Shown here piece after piece: positions 23,633 to 31,403 of a stretch of DNA of 64,000 nt. Numbering within the stretch: position 1 is the stretch's first letter; every line of letters starts with the position of its first letter. The translations under genes were made by a program, and so were the position numbers. Source of the DNA: an uncultured Alphaproteobacteria bacterium (lineage in GTDB: Bacteria; Pseudomonadota; Alphaproteobacteria; Rs-D84; CACZYB01); assembly GCA_944392955.1 (NCBI GenBank), contig CALXYK010000004.1, positions 3,419 to 67,418 of the forward strand. The letters are read 5' to 3'. The notes under the pieces were generated by a model that searched no databases, was not told where the DNA came from, and saw only the letters and a list, made by a program, of their open reading frames with translations.

Positions 23633-25136
23633 TTACAATCAACCTTTCTGGAACAGCAAATGTTTTAGCCAACCACAAGGCAACTGCCTTTTTATCAACT
23701 ATTGCCAATGCTTCTTCTCCCAACTCTGATAAAGATTTTATCCAACCTAAAATATTTTCAGCATCTCTAACCGCCTGATTTCTAGCAAGAGGTGATTGAT
23801 ATTTCAAATCTACTTCATGGCCATTAACCATGATATCGGAAATTTCACCCCTACGTCTTAATATAGAAATTGCTCTTAAAATAACTGGTGTTAAAAATTC
23901 GGATTGTAATCTTCCATAGGTTGCTCCTAAAATTCTGCTCATTTGATTTGTTCTTTCTAAAACTTCTGTCGCAGTCATTTTAGTAGTAGAAAACGAAGAT
24001 AACTGATCTACCAATAAACTATGATTTATTTTTGCCCGTAAATCTGATAAAACTAATTGAGATACATCAAAATCCGCACCAGTCCTAAGTGGTGTAAGTC
24101 CACTAGATCCAACTGCCTTTGGAATTATAGTTCCCGGAGCAAGAGTAATATTAGAAATATTTAAAACCCCATCATCATCTGCTTGCCATACACCACTAAC
24201 TGCAATACTAGCATTTTTTAAAATCAACTCCACAACTTTATTCGCAGTTTTAATATCGGGCAATGCTTTCATCACTGGCGATCTTCCATATACTTCTGAT
24301 GGAATTTTCAACCACCTGAAACAAATAAACGGAGAATATGCAAAAACACCAGTTTTCAAAACAAACATTTCATTATTTGTTAAAAGTTTATCTGCATCAT
24401 TAACAAAAGCGACATAATTATAACCTTGTTGACCACTAGGTGTAATTCTTGGCAATACTGCTTCTATAACACAAATTTTTTCATCAGGTTTTTTAGAAAT
24501 AATATTCAGCTGTTTATCATCAAATTTAAAATTAGGAAATCTAAGTTTTAAATTTTCCAAAGTCAAAATTGATTTTCTAAAAACAGTATCTAATTTACCA
24601 TTAACATTTTCTTCTAATGCAATTTCATTCATAGGAATTGCTGTAAAATTAAATGCGGTTGTTTCACCAACGCTATTTTCCTCAAATAACATTACCGCTG
24701 TTCCAACAGTAATTAAATCTAAATAACATTGATGAGCCTCAACATAAAAATTAGACCTATCAAAATGAGATTGCAAAACTTTTTGAATATCATCTAATGC
24801 CTTAAATTTTTCTTGTTTATCCCCATTATCTTTATCACAAGCATCAACACCGAAACCCAAACCAAACCATTTTGACCAAGGCGGAGTAAGTTGAGCCAAT
24901 AAACTACCTGCTAATTGTTCCACACCAGATTCAGCAGTAGAATCAAAAATATCAACATTTTTCTTTTTACCATTGGAAATAGAAGTAAATAAACCACTTT
25001 TTTGAGGCAGTGCATAATCATAACATTCACTCCAATGATTTTCCCATTCGGCCCTTTTTTCCATGGCTTTCTGATATCTAGCATAGATTTTAAAAAGTTC
25101 TGTTTCATCAACAATATATTTATTATTTTCAATCAT
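23619..25136 (-). CDS. phage portal / head-to-tail connector protein (T7 gp8-like)
   Basis: 505 aa. The N-terminal pattern (YARYQKAMEKRAEWENHWSECYDYALPQ ... LAGSLLAQLTPPWSKWF) parallels T7 gp8 (YERLKNDRAPYETRAQNCAQYTIP ... LASKLMLALFPMQTWM) as I recall it. Confidence 0.75.
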   Translation of the reverse strand: MIENNKYIVDETELFKIYARYQKAMEKRAEWENHWSECYDYALPQKSGLFTSISNGKKKNVDIFDSTAESGVEQLAGSLLAQLTPPWSKWFGLGFGVDACDKDNGDKQEKFKALDDIQKVLQSHFDRSNFYVEAHQCYLDLITVGTAVMLFEENSVGETTAFNFTAIPMNEIALEENVNGKLDTVFRKSILTLENLKLRFPNFKFDDKQLNIISKKPDEKICVIEAVLPRITPSGQQGYNYVAFVNDADKLLTNNEMFVLKTGVFAYSPFICFRWLKIPSEVYGRSPVMKALPDIKTANKVVELILKNASIAVSGVWQADDDGVLNISNITLAPGTIIPKAVGSSGLTPLRTGADFDVSQLVLSDLRAKINHSLLVDQLSSFSTTKMTATEVLERTNQMSRILGATYGRLQSEFLTPVILRAISILRRRGEISDIMVNGHEVDLKYQSPLARNQAVRDAENILGWIKSLSELGEEALAIVDKKAVALWLAKTFAVPERLIVNADE

Positions 25137-25157
25137 ATTAAACCTCTTTTTTTATTG

Positions 25158-25190
25158 ATTAAAAAAACTCCTAAGATTAACTTAGGAGTC
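25158..25190 (-). terminator. rho-independent terminator downstream of ftsZ
   Basis: On the minus strand: GACTCCTAAG-TTAAT-CTTAGGAGT followed by TTTTTTT. Confidence 0.55.
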
Positions 25191-25212
25191 ATTTGAAAAT
25201 ATTTATTATTTA

Positions 25213-26928
25213 TTAGTTATTATTCTTTTTAAATATTGCTGGAATTTCCAAAGTTTCTTCCATTTTTTTTATCATTTCCATCAAATCAGTCTGTTGACTT
25301 TCTCTTTTCTGTTCATCCAAACTTCCAGCCAAAAATACCACATTATCATCTTCTTTTTTTTCTTCTTTCTTAGAAATTGTGAAATCCAATTCTTTATCCA
25401 AAGATAACTTTACATCTTTATCACTACCAAAATTTTCTACATCATCAAAGAAATTATCTTCCTTTGATTCACCTAATAAATCAAAGAATGATGACAAAGA
25501 ACTTTTCTTTTTACCATTTCCACCACCATTGTCCGGAGGAGTTGGTTCATCATCATCATTATCTTCTTTTTTTGCAACCAAATCCATAGGTTCAGATTCG
25601 GAAATTTTTTGTGCTTCTCTATTTATAAAATCATCAATACTAGAAGGTGTATTTTGTTTTATAAAACTATCAAAGGAGTTTTCCTTTTCAAAATTTTCCA
25701 CTTCCTCCGTATTTTCAGAAAACAAAGCATCTGCTCCAAAATCACCTAAAACATTTTTTACATCTTTATCAAAAGTATCATCTTTAATAGGTAATGGTTT
25801 TTCCTCATCTTGACTATTTATATCATTATCAAACGAAGAAAAAGATGAGGTTGTTTTTTCAATACTATTATATGTATTAACATTTTCCTTCATACTGGGA
25901 AAAGTATTTAACTCATCTCTATGAATATTTTTTATTCCTACATTTTCAGATAATCCAGTTGCAATTATCGCGACCTTTAATGAATCGTCCATAGATACAT
26001 CAAAACAAGTTCCAAGATAGAAATTTGTATCATCACTATCAATAGAAGCCCTAATAGTATTCATAACTTCGGCAGGTTCGTCCAAGGATAAATTTTCAGG
26101 ATTAGCCGTTATGTTCACAAGGACTGATTTTGCCCCCCTTATATCATTTCCTTGAAGCAAAGGATTTAACAAAACACCTTCTACTGCCTTTAATGCCCTA
26201 TTTTCGCCACGTTGAACCGAAGTTCCTATTAAAGTTCTACCACTTTTTTCCATTACCGCACGAATATCAGCAAAATCCAAATTTATTGTTCCAGGAATTC
26301 TTATCAAATCGGTAATATTTCTAACTCCGTCATAAAGGACATTATCAGAAATTTTAAACGCATTCAAAAAAGTCATCTGTTTATCAACAACATTATAAAG
26401 ATTCTGATTAGGCAAAACTATATAAGAGTCGACATTAGGAATTAAATTATCAATCGCATCTTTTGCAATTTTTTCCTTCTTTTTCCCCTCAAAATCAAAC
26501 GGCGTTGTTACAATAGCAACGGTTAAAATACCCTTTTCCTTTGCAATAGAGGCAATCACAGGCAATGCACCACTTCCTGTTCCCCCACCCATACCAGCAG
26601 TTAAAAATAAAATATTTGAATTTTTGATTAAATCAGCAATTTCACCACTTGATTCTTCTGCTGCCTTTTGACCTATTTCAGGTCTAGAACCGGCACCAAA
26701 ACCTTTCGTAGTTTGCTTTCCCAGTTGGATTTTTTTCGGCGACTTTGATTGTAATAATGATTGAGCATCAGTATTGGCAACAACAAACTCTACACCATCA
26801 ATTCCCTGCTCTATCATATTATTAACAGCATTACAACCAGCACCACCAACCCCCATTACCATAATTTTTGGAATAAAATTTTGAATCTCATCATCAAGAG
26901 ATTTATAACCAAAATTTCCATCAAGCAT
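25213..26928 (-). CDS. ftsZ: cell division GTPase FtsZ
   Basis: Tubulin signature GGGTGSGA, GVGGAGCNAVN, T7 loop NLDFADI. Long disordered acidic linker. Conserved C-terminal FtsA-binding peptide (LEIPAIFKK). Start set at the Met preceded by AAGGGGGA. Confidence 0.95.
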   Translation of the reverse strand: MLDGNFGYKSLDDEIQNFIPKIMVMGVGGAGCNAVNNMIEQGIDGVEFVVANTDAQSLLQSKSPKKIQLGKQTTKGFGAGSRPEIGQKAAEESSGEIADLIKNSNILFLTAGMGGGTGSGALPVIASIAKEKGILTVAIVTTPFDFEGKKKEKIAKDAIDNLIPNVDSYIVLPNQNLYNVVDKQMTFLNAFKISDNVLYDGVRNITDLIRIPGTINLDFADIRAVMEKSGRTLIGTSVQRGENRALKAVEGVLLNPLLQGNDIRGAKSVLVNITANPENLSLDEPAEVMNTIRASIDSDDTNFYLGTCFDVSMDDSLKVAIIATGLSENVGIKNIHRDELNTFPSMKENVNTYNSIEKTTSSFSSFDNDINSQDEEKPLPIKDDTFDKDVKNVLGDFGADALFSENTEEVENFEKENSFDSFIKQNTPSSIDDFINREAQKISESEPMDLVAKKEDNDDDEPTPPDNGGGNGKKKSSLSSFFDLLGESKEDNFFDDVENFGSDKDVKLSLDKELDFTISKKEEKKEDDNVVFLAGSLDEQKRESQQTDLMEMIKKMEETLEIPAIFKKNNN

Positions 26929-27033
26929 TTTTTCCCCCTTTTGACTTCTTTCCTTAATTATATCATAAAAAAAGGTAAAAGTTAAGAGATAAAAACATAA
27001 AAACAAATAATTTTATTTTTTTAAGCAAAAAAA

Positions 27034-27486
27034 CTAAGAACCAACAAAATTGTCCAATGCCTTTTTGCATGCCTCCGAAGCATCTATCAACTTATTTATA
27101 TTAGAAAGAGCACCAGCAGACACACCAAGAGACAATACATTCGCACCTGTTGCAATACCAGAAGAAACCAAAGAAATAGTTCTATTTTTTTCTAGATTTT
27201 TCATATCATCAATGTCTATTTCTCCAGAACTTTTTGCTACATTATTAGCAGATAATGCAGTTGAAGTAGCAGATCCAGCCGTCGCAACAGCCGAAGTAAC
27301 ACCAGTTGTAATAGATTGAGCCTTCAAACTATTCAAAACAGATCCATCAAATTTACATGCAGAAATCACATCTGAAATATATGGTTCTTTCTTTCTTACA
27401 CTATCCGAAGATAATTTTGCCTCTGCACCAAAGGATAAAAAAGAAGCCGACACAACAAAAACTAAACTATAAGATAAAAACTTCAT
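27034..27486 (-). CDS. secreted Ala/Ser/Thr/Gly-rich protein
   Basis: Start at the Met with a GGAGG ribosome-binding site. Signal peptide MKFLSYSLVFVVSASFLSFGAEA. Low-complexity A/S/T/G segments. The C-terminal motif is similar to the C-terminus of the upstream 612-aa protein. Confidence 0.5.
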   Translation of the reverse strand: MKFLSYSLVFVVSASFLSFGAEAKLSSDSVRKKEPYISDVISACKFDGSVLNSLKAQSITTGVTSAVATAGSATSTALSANNVAKSSGEIDIDDMKNLEKNRTISLVSSGIATGANVLSLGVSAGALSNINKLIDASEACKKALDNFVGS

Positions 27487-27487
27487 T

Positions 27488-29326
27488 TTAATCCTCCATT
27501 CCACTAACTTCTGCATTATATGATGAATAAGCATTATTTAAGGTTCTAATACTATCTTCACATTGTTTTAAATTTGTTATTGCATCTTCTATCGTAGCAA
27601 GGGATACAAAACTTACAACAGATGCAGTTCCACTAGCAAGAGACGAAGCCGCACTTAACCCAACCTGCCATTTATCAAAATCTTTTGCTGAAGCCAAAGC
27701 TTTACCACTAGCATCTCTTAACTCATGTATTTTTGTTTTATTACTCTCTACTATTGCTTGTTTACTTGAGATAGATTCTAATTCTGCATTTTTTTGAGCT
27801 AAAAGTTCATTTTTATTTATTTTTTCGCTCTCTTTTTCTTGTTTAACCTCATTTTCAATTTGTCCTGGTTCAGATTTTTCAAGTTGGTCATTAACATCTT
27901 TTAATTTAATATTTAAATCCTCAATAACCTTGTCTATATTATCCATTTGGGACTTATAGTCATTACATTTATCAACATTTTCCTTTGCATCGTTTATTTT
28001 ATTATTTAACTCTTTTATTGTTTTTTCCTTCTCTTCCTTCTGGGATTTTAATTTGGAAATGGCACTCATTTTAGCTTCCTCTAATGCAGAATCTGTTTCA
28101 TTATTATCAGCATCCAATTCTCCCAAATCTTTCATAAGGACATCTATTGAATCATTAAGCCCCAATACCGCCTTTTTTGCATTTGCCAAACTTTCTTCAT
28201 TTGTTTTGTTGTCTGAAAGTTTATTTTCACAGGCTAAATTATTATAACTATTCTTAATAGTCGTTTGTTCTTTTTTTTGTTTTGCAATAACTTGCTCTAA
28301 AGCATCTTTTTCTGCTGTTAATTTAGTTTTTCTATCTTCTATTGTTCCATATTTAATAGTAGAAACTCCATTCAAATCTGTATTTTTTGATAAAATAATT
28401 TGTCCCTCTTCCAAATTTGATATATCACTATCAATAGACTCTATTTCTGTATTTAACTTAGCTACTTCTCTTTCTAACTTTTCTTTCTCCCCATCCAAAC
28501 CTTGACCTATACTTGTATTTTTAGTTCCAAGGCTCTTCTCTGCATCGTGATAATAAATTGCATCTTTTGTATTTTTAAGTGATAATGCACCAACAACTGT
28601 GCTACCTGTACTTAACACACTACCAACACCAGATGTCAAGGAAACCCCATAAGTTATTTGGGATTTAAGTTTTTCCATATCATTCACAAATGCACCACAT
28701 TTTTCTCGTGCAGTTTGAACTGCTGAATTTATTTTTTTCTCATATTCTGAAACATCAACAAAAATCTCGCTTTCCAAATACATAGAGGCGATTAAATTTC
28801 CCGCCCTTGTTACATAAAGTTTTCTTCTATCCGAAGATAATCCAGAGTTATCAACAACCGAACTAATCTGTGAATTTGTTCCATTTAACAAAGAAACCGA
28901 ATAACTATATTTAGGAAGCAAATCTACACATTTTATCTCCCCTTCCGCAGATACAACATCCATCGCCCCCGAAGAATCCATTCCAACCAATTTCATATAA
29001 GGACCGAAACAAAACTTTTCATCCAATTTAGCCGTTCCATTAGTATAATAATAATTATATACTGATGGTAATAACATAGTACTTAAACTATACGATTCAT
29101 CATAATATAATTTATCCAAATGCACCGAGTTTAAAAACCTTAACACAGATCCAGAAATATCCGAAGAATTAGAAGAGGAACTTGACGAAGTCGTACGTCC
29201 CGAAGATCTGCTATTTGGACTTCTACTGCCACCTGAATTAACTACACGAGCAGCGAACAATCCTCCATCTGAAAACAAATAAGATAAAAAGACCAATCCA
29301 CAAAGTAAATTAAACTTCTTTTTCAT
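27488..29326 (-). CDS. large secreted coiled-coil protein
   Basis: Signal peptide. Ser-rich low-complexity stretch. About 300 aa of Lys/Glu-rich heptad-like coiled coil. C-terminal A/S/T-rich domain. Confidence 0.55.
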   Translation of the reverse strand: MKKKFNLLCGLVFLSYLFSDGGLFAARVVNSGGSRSPNSRSSGRTTSSSSSSNSSDISGSVLRFLNSVHLDKLYYDESYSLSTMLLPSVYNYYYTNGTAKLDEKFCFGPYMKLVGMDSSGAMDVVSAEGEIKCVDLLPKYSYSVSLLNGTNSQISSVVDNSGLSSDRRKLYVTRAGNLIASMYLESEIFVDVSEYEKKINSAVQTAREKCGAFVNDMEKLKSQITYGVSLTSGVGSVLSTGSTVVGALSLKNTKDAIYYHDAEKSLGTKNTSIGQGLDGEKEKLEREVAKLNTEIESIDSDISNLEEGQIILSKNTDLNGVSTIKYGTIEDRKTKLTAEKDALEQVIAKQKKEQTTIKNSYNNLACENKLSDNKTNEESLANAKKAVLGLNDSIDVLMKDLGELDADNNETDSALEEAKMSAISKLKSQKEEKEKTIKELNNKINDAKENVDKCNDYKSQMDNIDKVIEDLNIKLKDVNDQLEKSEPGQIENEVKQEKESEKINKNELLAQKNAELESISSKQAIVESNKTKIHELRDASGKALASAKDFDKWQVGLSAASSLASGTASVVSFVSLATIEDAITNLKQCEDSIRTLNNAYSSYNAEVSGMED

Positions 29327-29454
29327 AACTAATTCTCCTACCTCTATGCTCTGTATGATAGCATATTTTTAGGCTTATATCAACAGATTATTACAATTAT
29401 TTACTTTTTTTGTTGCGTTTTGCTAAAATATCAGTTATAAATTACCTGTCCTTG

Positions 29455-29531
29455 TGGCAAGGTAGCTCAGTCGGTAGAGCAAAGGACTGAAAATCCTTGT
29501 GTCGGCGGTTCGATTCCGCCCCTCGCCACCA
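29455..29531 (+). tRNA. tRNA-Phe (anticodon GAA); the 3' acceptor strand looks irregular
   Basis: Manual cloverleaf. D-arm GCTCAGTCGGTAGAGC. Anticodon stem AAGGA/TCCTT with loop CTGAAAA. T-arm GGCGG-TTCGATT-CCGCC. By my count the acceptor has an A4-C69 mismatch and one extra C between the T-stem and the 3' acceptor strand. Confidence 0.8.
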
Positions 29532-29538
29532 AAAAATC

Positions 29539-29570
29539 AACTCCTTACTTCAAATGTAAGGAGTTTTTTC
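29539..29570 (+). terminator. rho-independent terminator after tRNA-Phe
   Basis: Hairpin CTCCTTAC-TTCAAAT-GTAAGGAG followed by TTTTTT. Confidence 0.5.
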
Positions 29571-29584
29571 ATAAATACATTTTA

Positions 29585-29765
29585 AACATCTGGTTCGTAT
29601 ACTCGTATAACACGCTAAGCCAAAAAAAATCCCCTGTTGCGAGGAGAGAACACGAACGAAGTTGTTCTTAATGACGAGCGGTGTTAGCGAGGAATTTTAG
29701 AACATCTGGTTCGTATACTCGTATCACCCGCTAAGCCAAAAAAATCCCCTGTTGCGAGGAGAGAA
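29585..29765. repeat. two ~66-bp direct repeats (29585-29650 and 29701-29765), the second ending in a stem-loop
   Basis: The units read AACATCTGGTTCGTATACTCGTAT(A/C)AC(A/C)CGCTAAGCCAAAAAAA(A)TCCCCTGTTGCGAGGAGAGAA and differ at 3 positions. In the second unit CCCCTGTTGCG pairs with CGCAACAGGG at 29788-29797 around a GA-rich loop. Confidence 0.6.
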
Positions 29766-30134
29766 GGAGGAAAGGAGAGAAAAGGAACGCAACAGGGAAT
29801 AACTTTGAAAATAAATTTAAAAATATACTTAAATTCACTTCACATTCTCGATTCTTAATATACTCGACAAAAAAAGTCAAGCGATTCTTTTTTTGGCTAT
29901 TTTTTAAAGTGATTTAAAAAGCAAAAAAAACACTAAAATCAAATAGTTAAAAAAATGATTTTTTTTAATAAGAATCAATATTGTCTATAAAAATCTACTA
30001 TCTAAAAGAAGCAAAAACACGATTCTTTTAACACAAAAAAAGAATCGACTCCGAATCTTTTAAAACACAGTAAAGTTTTAGCAATTTAATTACCAAATAG
30101 CAAATAAAAAAACACATTTTTACAAAAAAAATAT

Positions 30135-30232
30135 CCCTTAAGTCGAGGAGAGAGAGAAAATAAGGAGGGAATGACTTAAGGGATCTTCGGTTTTCACCGA
30201 ATTTGCCGAAATGAGGGGTCGTCTCGGCAAAC
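30135..30232. other. cluster of three consecutive hairpins in non-coding DNA (candidate structured RNA or recombination site)
   Basis: CCCTTAAGTC-(28-nt GA-rich loop AGGAGAGAGAGAAAATAAGGAGGGAAT)-GACTTAAGGG; TTCGG-TTTTCA-CCGAA; TTTGCCGA-AATGAGGGGTCG-TCTCGGCAAA. Confidence 0.4.
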
Positions 30233-30351
30233 TTTATATTCGTATTAACGAATTGCCTTCATTATACAAATCATTTATACTTTGTCAAGATATTTTTGCA
30301 AAAATATTTTTTCTGTATAAAACAATATAAAAATTCCCATAAAAACAACAA

Positions 30352-30951
30352 CTAAACTTTATATATTGTATCAATAGTATGTGGCGTCCCTATAAAAATT
30401 TGCATACCATCTGGAACTAAAATAAAATTGTATTCCAGTAATCTCTCCCTTAAATCAAGCCTTTTTTGATATGTATCACAATTTTTGGGAACCTCTACAT
30501 CATCAAAAATTATAACATCCGCCCTACTTCCCGTCGCATTAGACAATAAGCCAACTGCTAACATAGAGGGATCCCTTAACTCCTTACTTCTCACAACGGT
30601 AAAACTACCAGACGCCCAATCTGATTTTTTCTTTGGCCTAATATCTTCCATTAAAGGATTAACCTCTATAATACGTTTTACATTTTTAACCATTTTTCTC
30701 GCTAACATAGTATCAGCAGCCACCACCAAAATTCTTGTATTAGGATTTTTATACAAAAGCCAAGCACAAAATATTCCAACAATAGTTGACTTCCCACTAC
30801 TTCGAAAAGCCATCAACAAGCCCCTTTTTTTATCTGATAAATAGATACTTTCAAGCCATTTTGCAATTTTAATATGATGTTCTGGCGTATCTATTTCTTG
30901 TAATTTATTCCAAGCCAACAAAAACTTTTCAAAATTTAACTTTCTTTTCAT
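30352..30951 (-). CDS. phage large terminase, N-terminal ATPase-domain fragment (T7 gp19-like)
   Basis: Walker A LMAFRSSGKST. Walker B ADVIIFDDVE. Coupling motif IFIGTPHT. Nearly colinear with the T7 gp19 N-terminal region as I recall it (LQAFRGIGKSF...RADIIIADDVEIP...YLGTPQTE). The ORF stops right after the ATPase domain. Confidence 0.85.
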   Translation of the reverse strand: MKRKLNFEKFLLAWNKLQEIDTPEHHIKIAKWLESIYLSDKKRGLLMAFRSSGKSTIVGIFCAWLLYKNPNTRILVVAADTMLARKMVKNVKRIIEVNPLMEDIRPKKKSDWASGSFTVVRSKELRDPSMLAVGLLSNATGSRADVIIFDDVEVPKNCDTYQKRLDLRERLLEYNFILVPDGMQIFIGTPHTIDTIYKV

Positions 30952-30952
30952 T

Positions 30953-31393
30953 TTATAAAATATTCAAACTATAAAAAGCAGAATCCAACAATTTCAAAGC
31001 ATCTTTGTCTTTTGAAAGTAAATTTTTGTTTTTTTTGTAATTATAATTCAATTCATTTGTTTTTAAATCTAAATCTGAAAAATAATCATTATTTTTAATA
31101 TCTTCATCTACTTCTTTTTCTATATTACCAAGCAAAACAGCCGAAGAACCATCTGTAAAATCTAAACCATTTGCAGCCATAGTAGCCTTTTTCGTAGCAA
31201 GTTTAGATTTTAATAAATCTGTTTTTTCCTGCTCATATACTTGTTGTTTCTTTTTAATTTCAGCATCTGCTAATGCTTTCTCCTGTTTGGCCATTTCTGT
31301 CGCTGCCTTTTTAGCATCATTAGATTCTTTTATATCCATAACAGTTTTTGCAACATTTGCAACACCAGCGACAACACCTGTACTTACACCCAT
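30953..31393 (-). CDS. hypothetical coiled-coil protein (possible small terminase or internal virion protein)
   Basis: 146 aa. Lys/Glu/Ala coiled-coil segment. Its stop codon is 1 nt from the terminase ATG. Function not assignable. Confidence 0.35.
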   Translation of the reverse strand: MGVSTGVVAGVANVAKTVMDIKESNDAKKAATEMAKQEKALADAEIKKKQQVYEQEKTDLLKSKLATKKATMAANGLDFTDGSSAVLLGNIEKEVDEDIKNNDYFSDLDLKTNELNYNYKKNKNLLSKDKDALKLLDSAFYSLNIL

Positions 31394-31403
31394 AATTAAC
31401 CTC

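Noticed and set aside
25379-25813. 144-aa + strand Ser-rich ORF inside ftsZ
   Set aside because: Antisense to the acidic FtsZ linker (GAA/GAT-rich DNA read as Ser/Phe on the opposite strand). ftsZ is unambiguous.
25213-27006. Possibility that the FtsZ homologue is a phage-encoded tubulin (PhuZ/TubZ-like), given its phage neighbours
   Set aside because: It has the canonical FtsZ GGGTGSGA motif, the alphaproteobacterial-type long acidic linker and the C-terminal FtsA/ZipA-binding peptide (LEIPAIFKK). Those are features of the cellular division protein, not of phage tubulins. It also has its own ribosome-binding site and terminator.
29761-29800. GA-rich AGGAG/GGAGG runs as ribosome-binding sites of small unannotated genes
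   Set aside because: No start codon with a following open frame of meaningful length. The purine runs sit in the loops of inverted repeats, which is more consistent with structural or regulatory elements.
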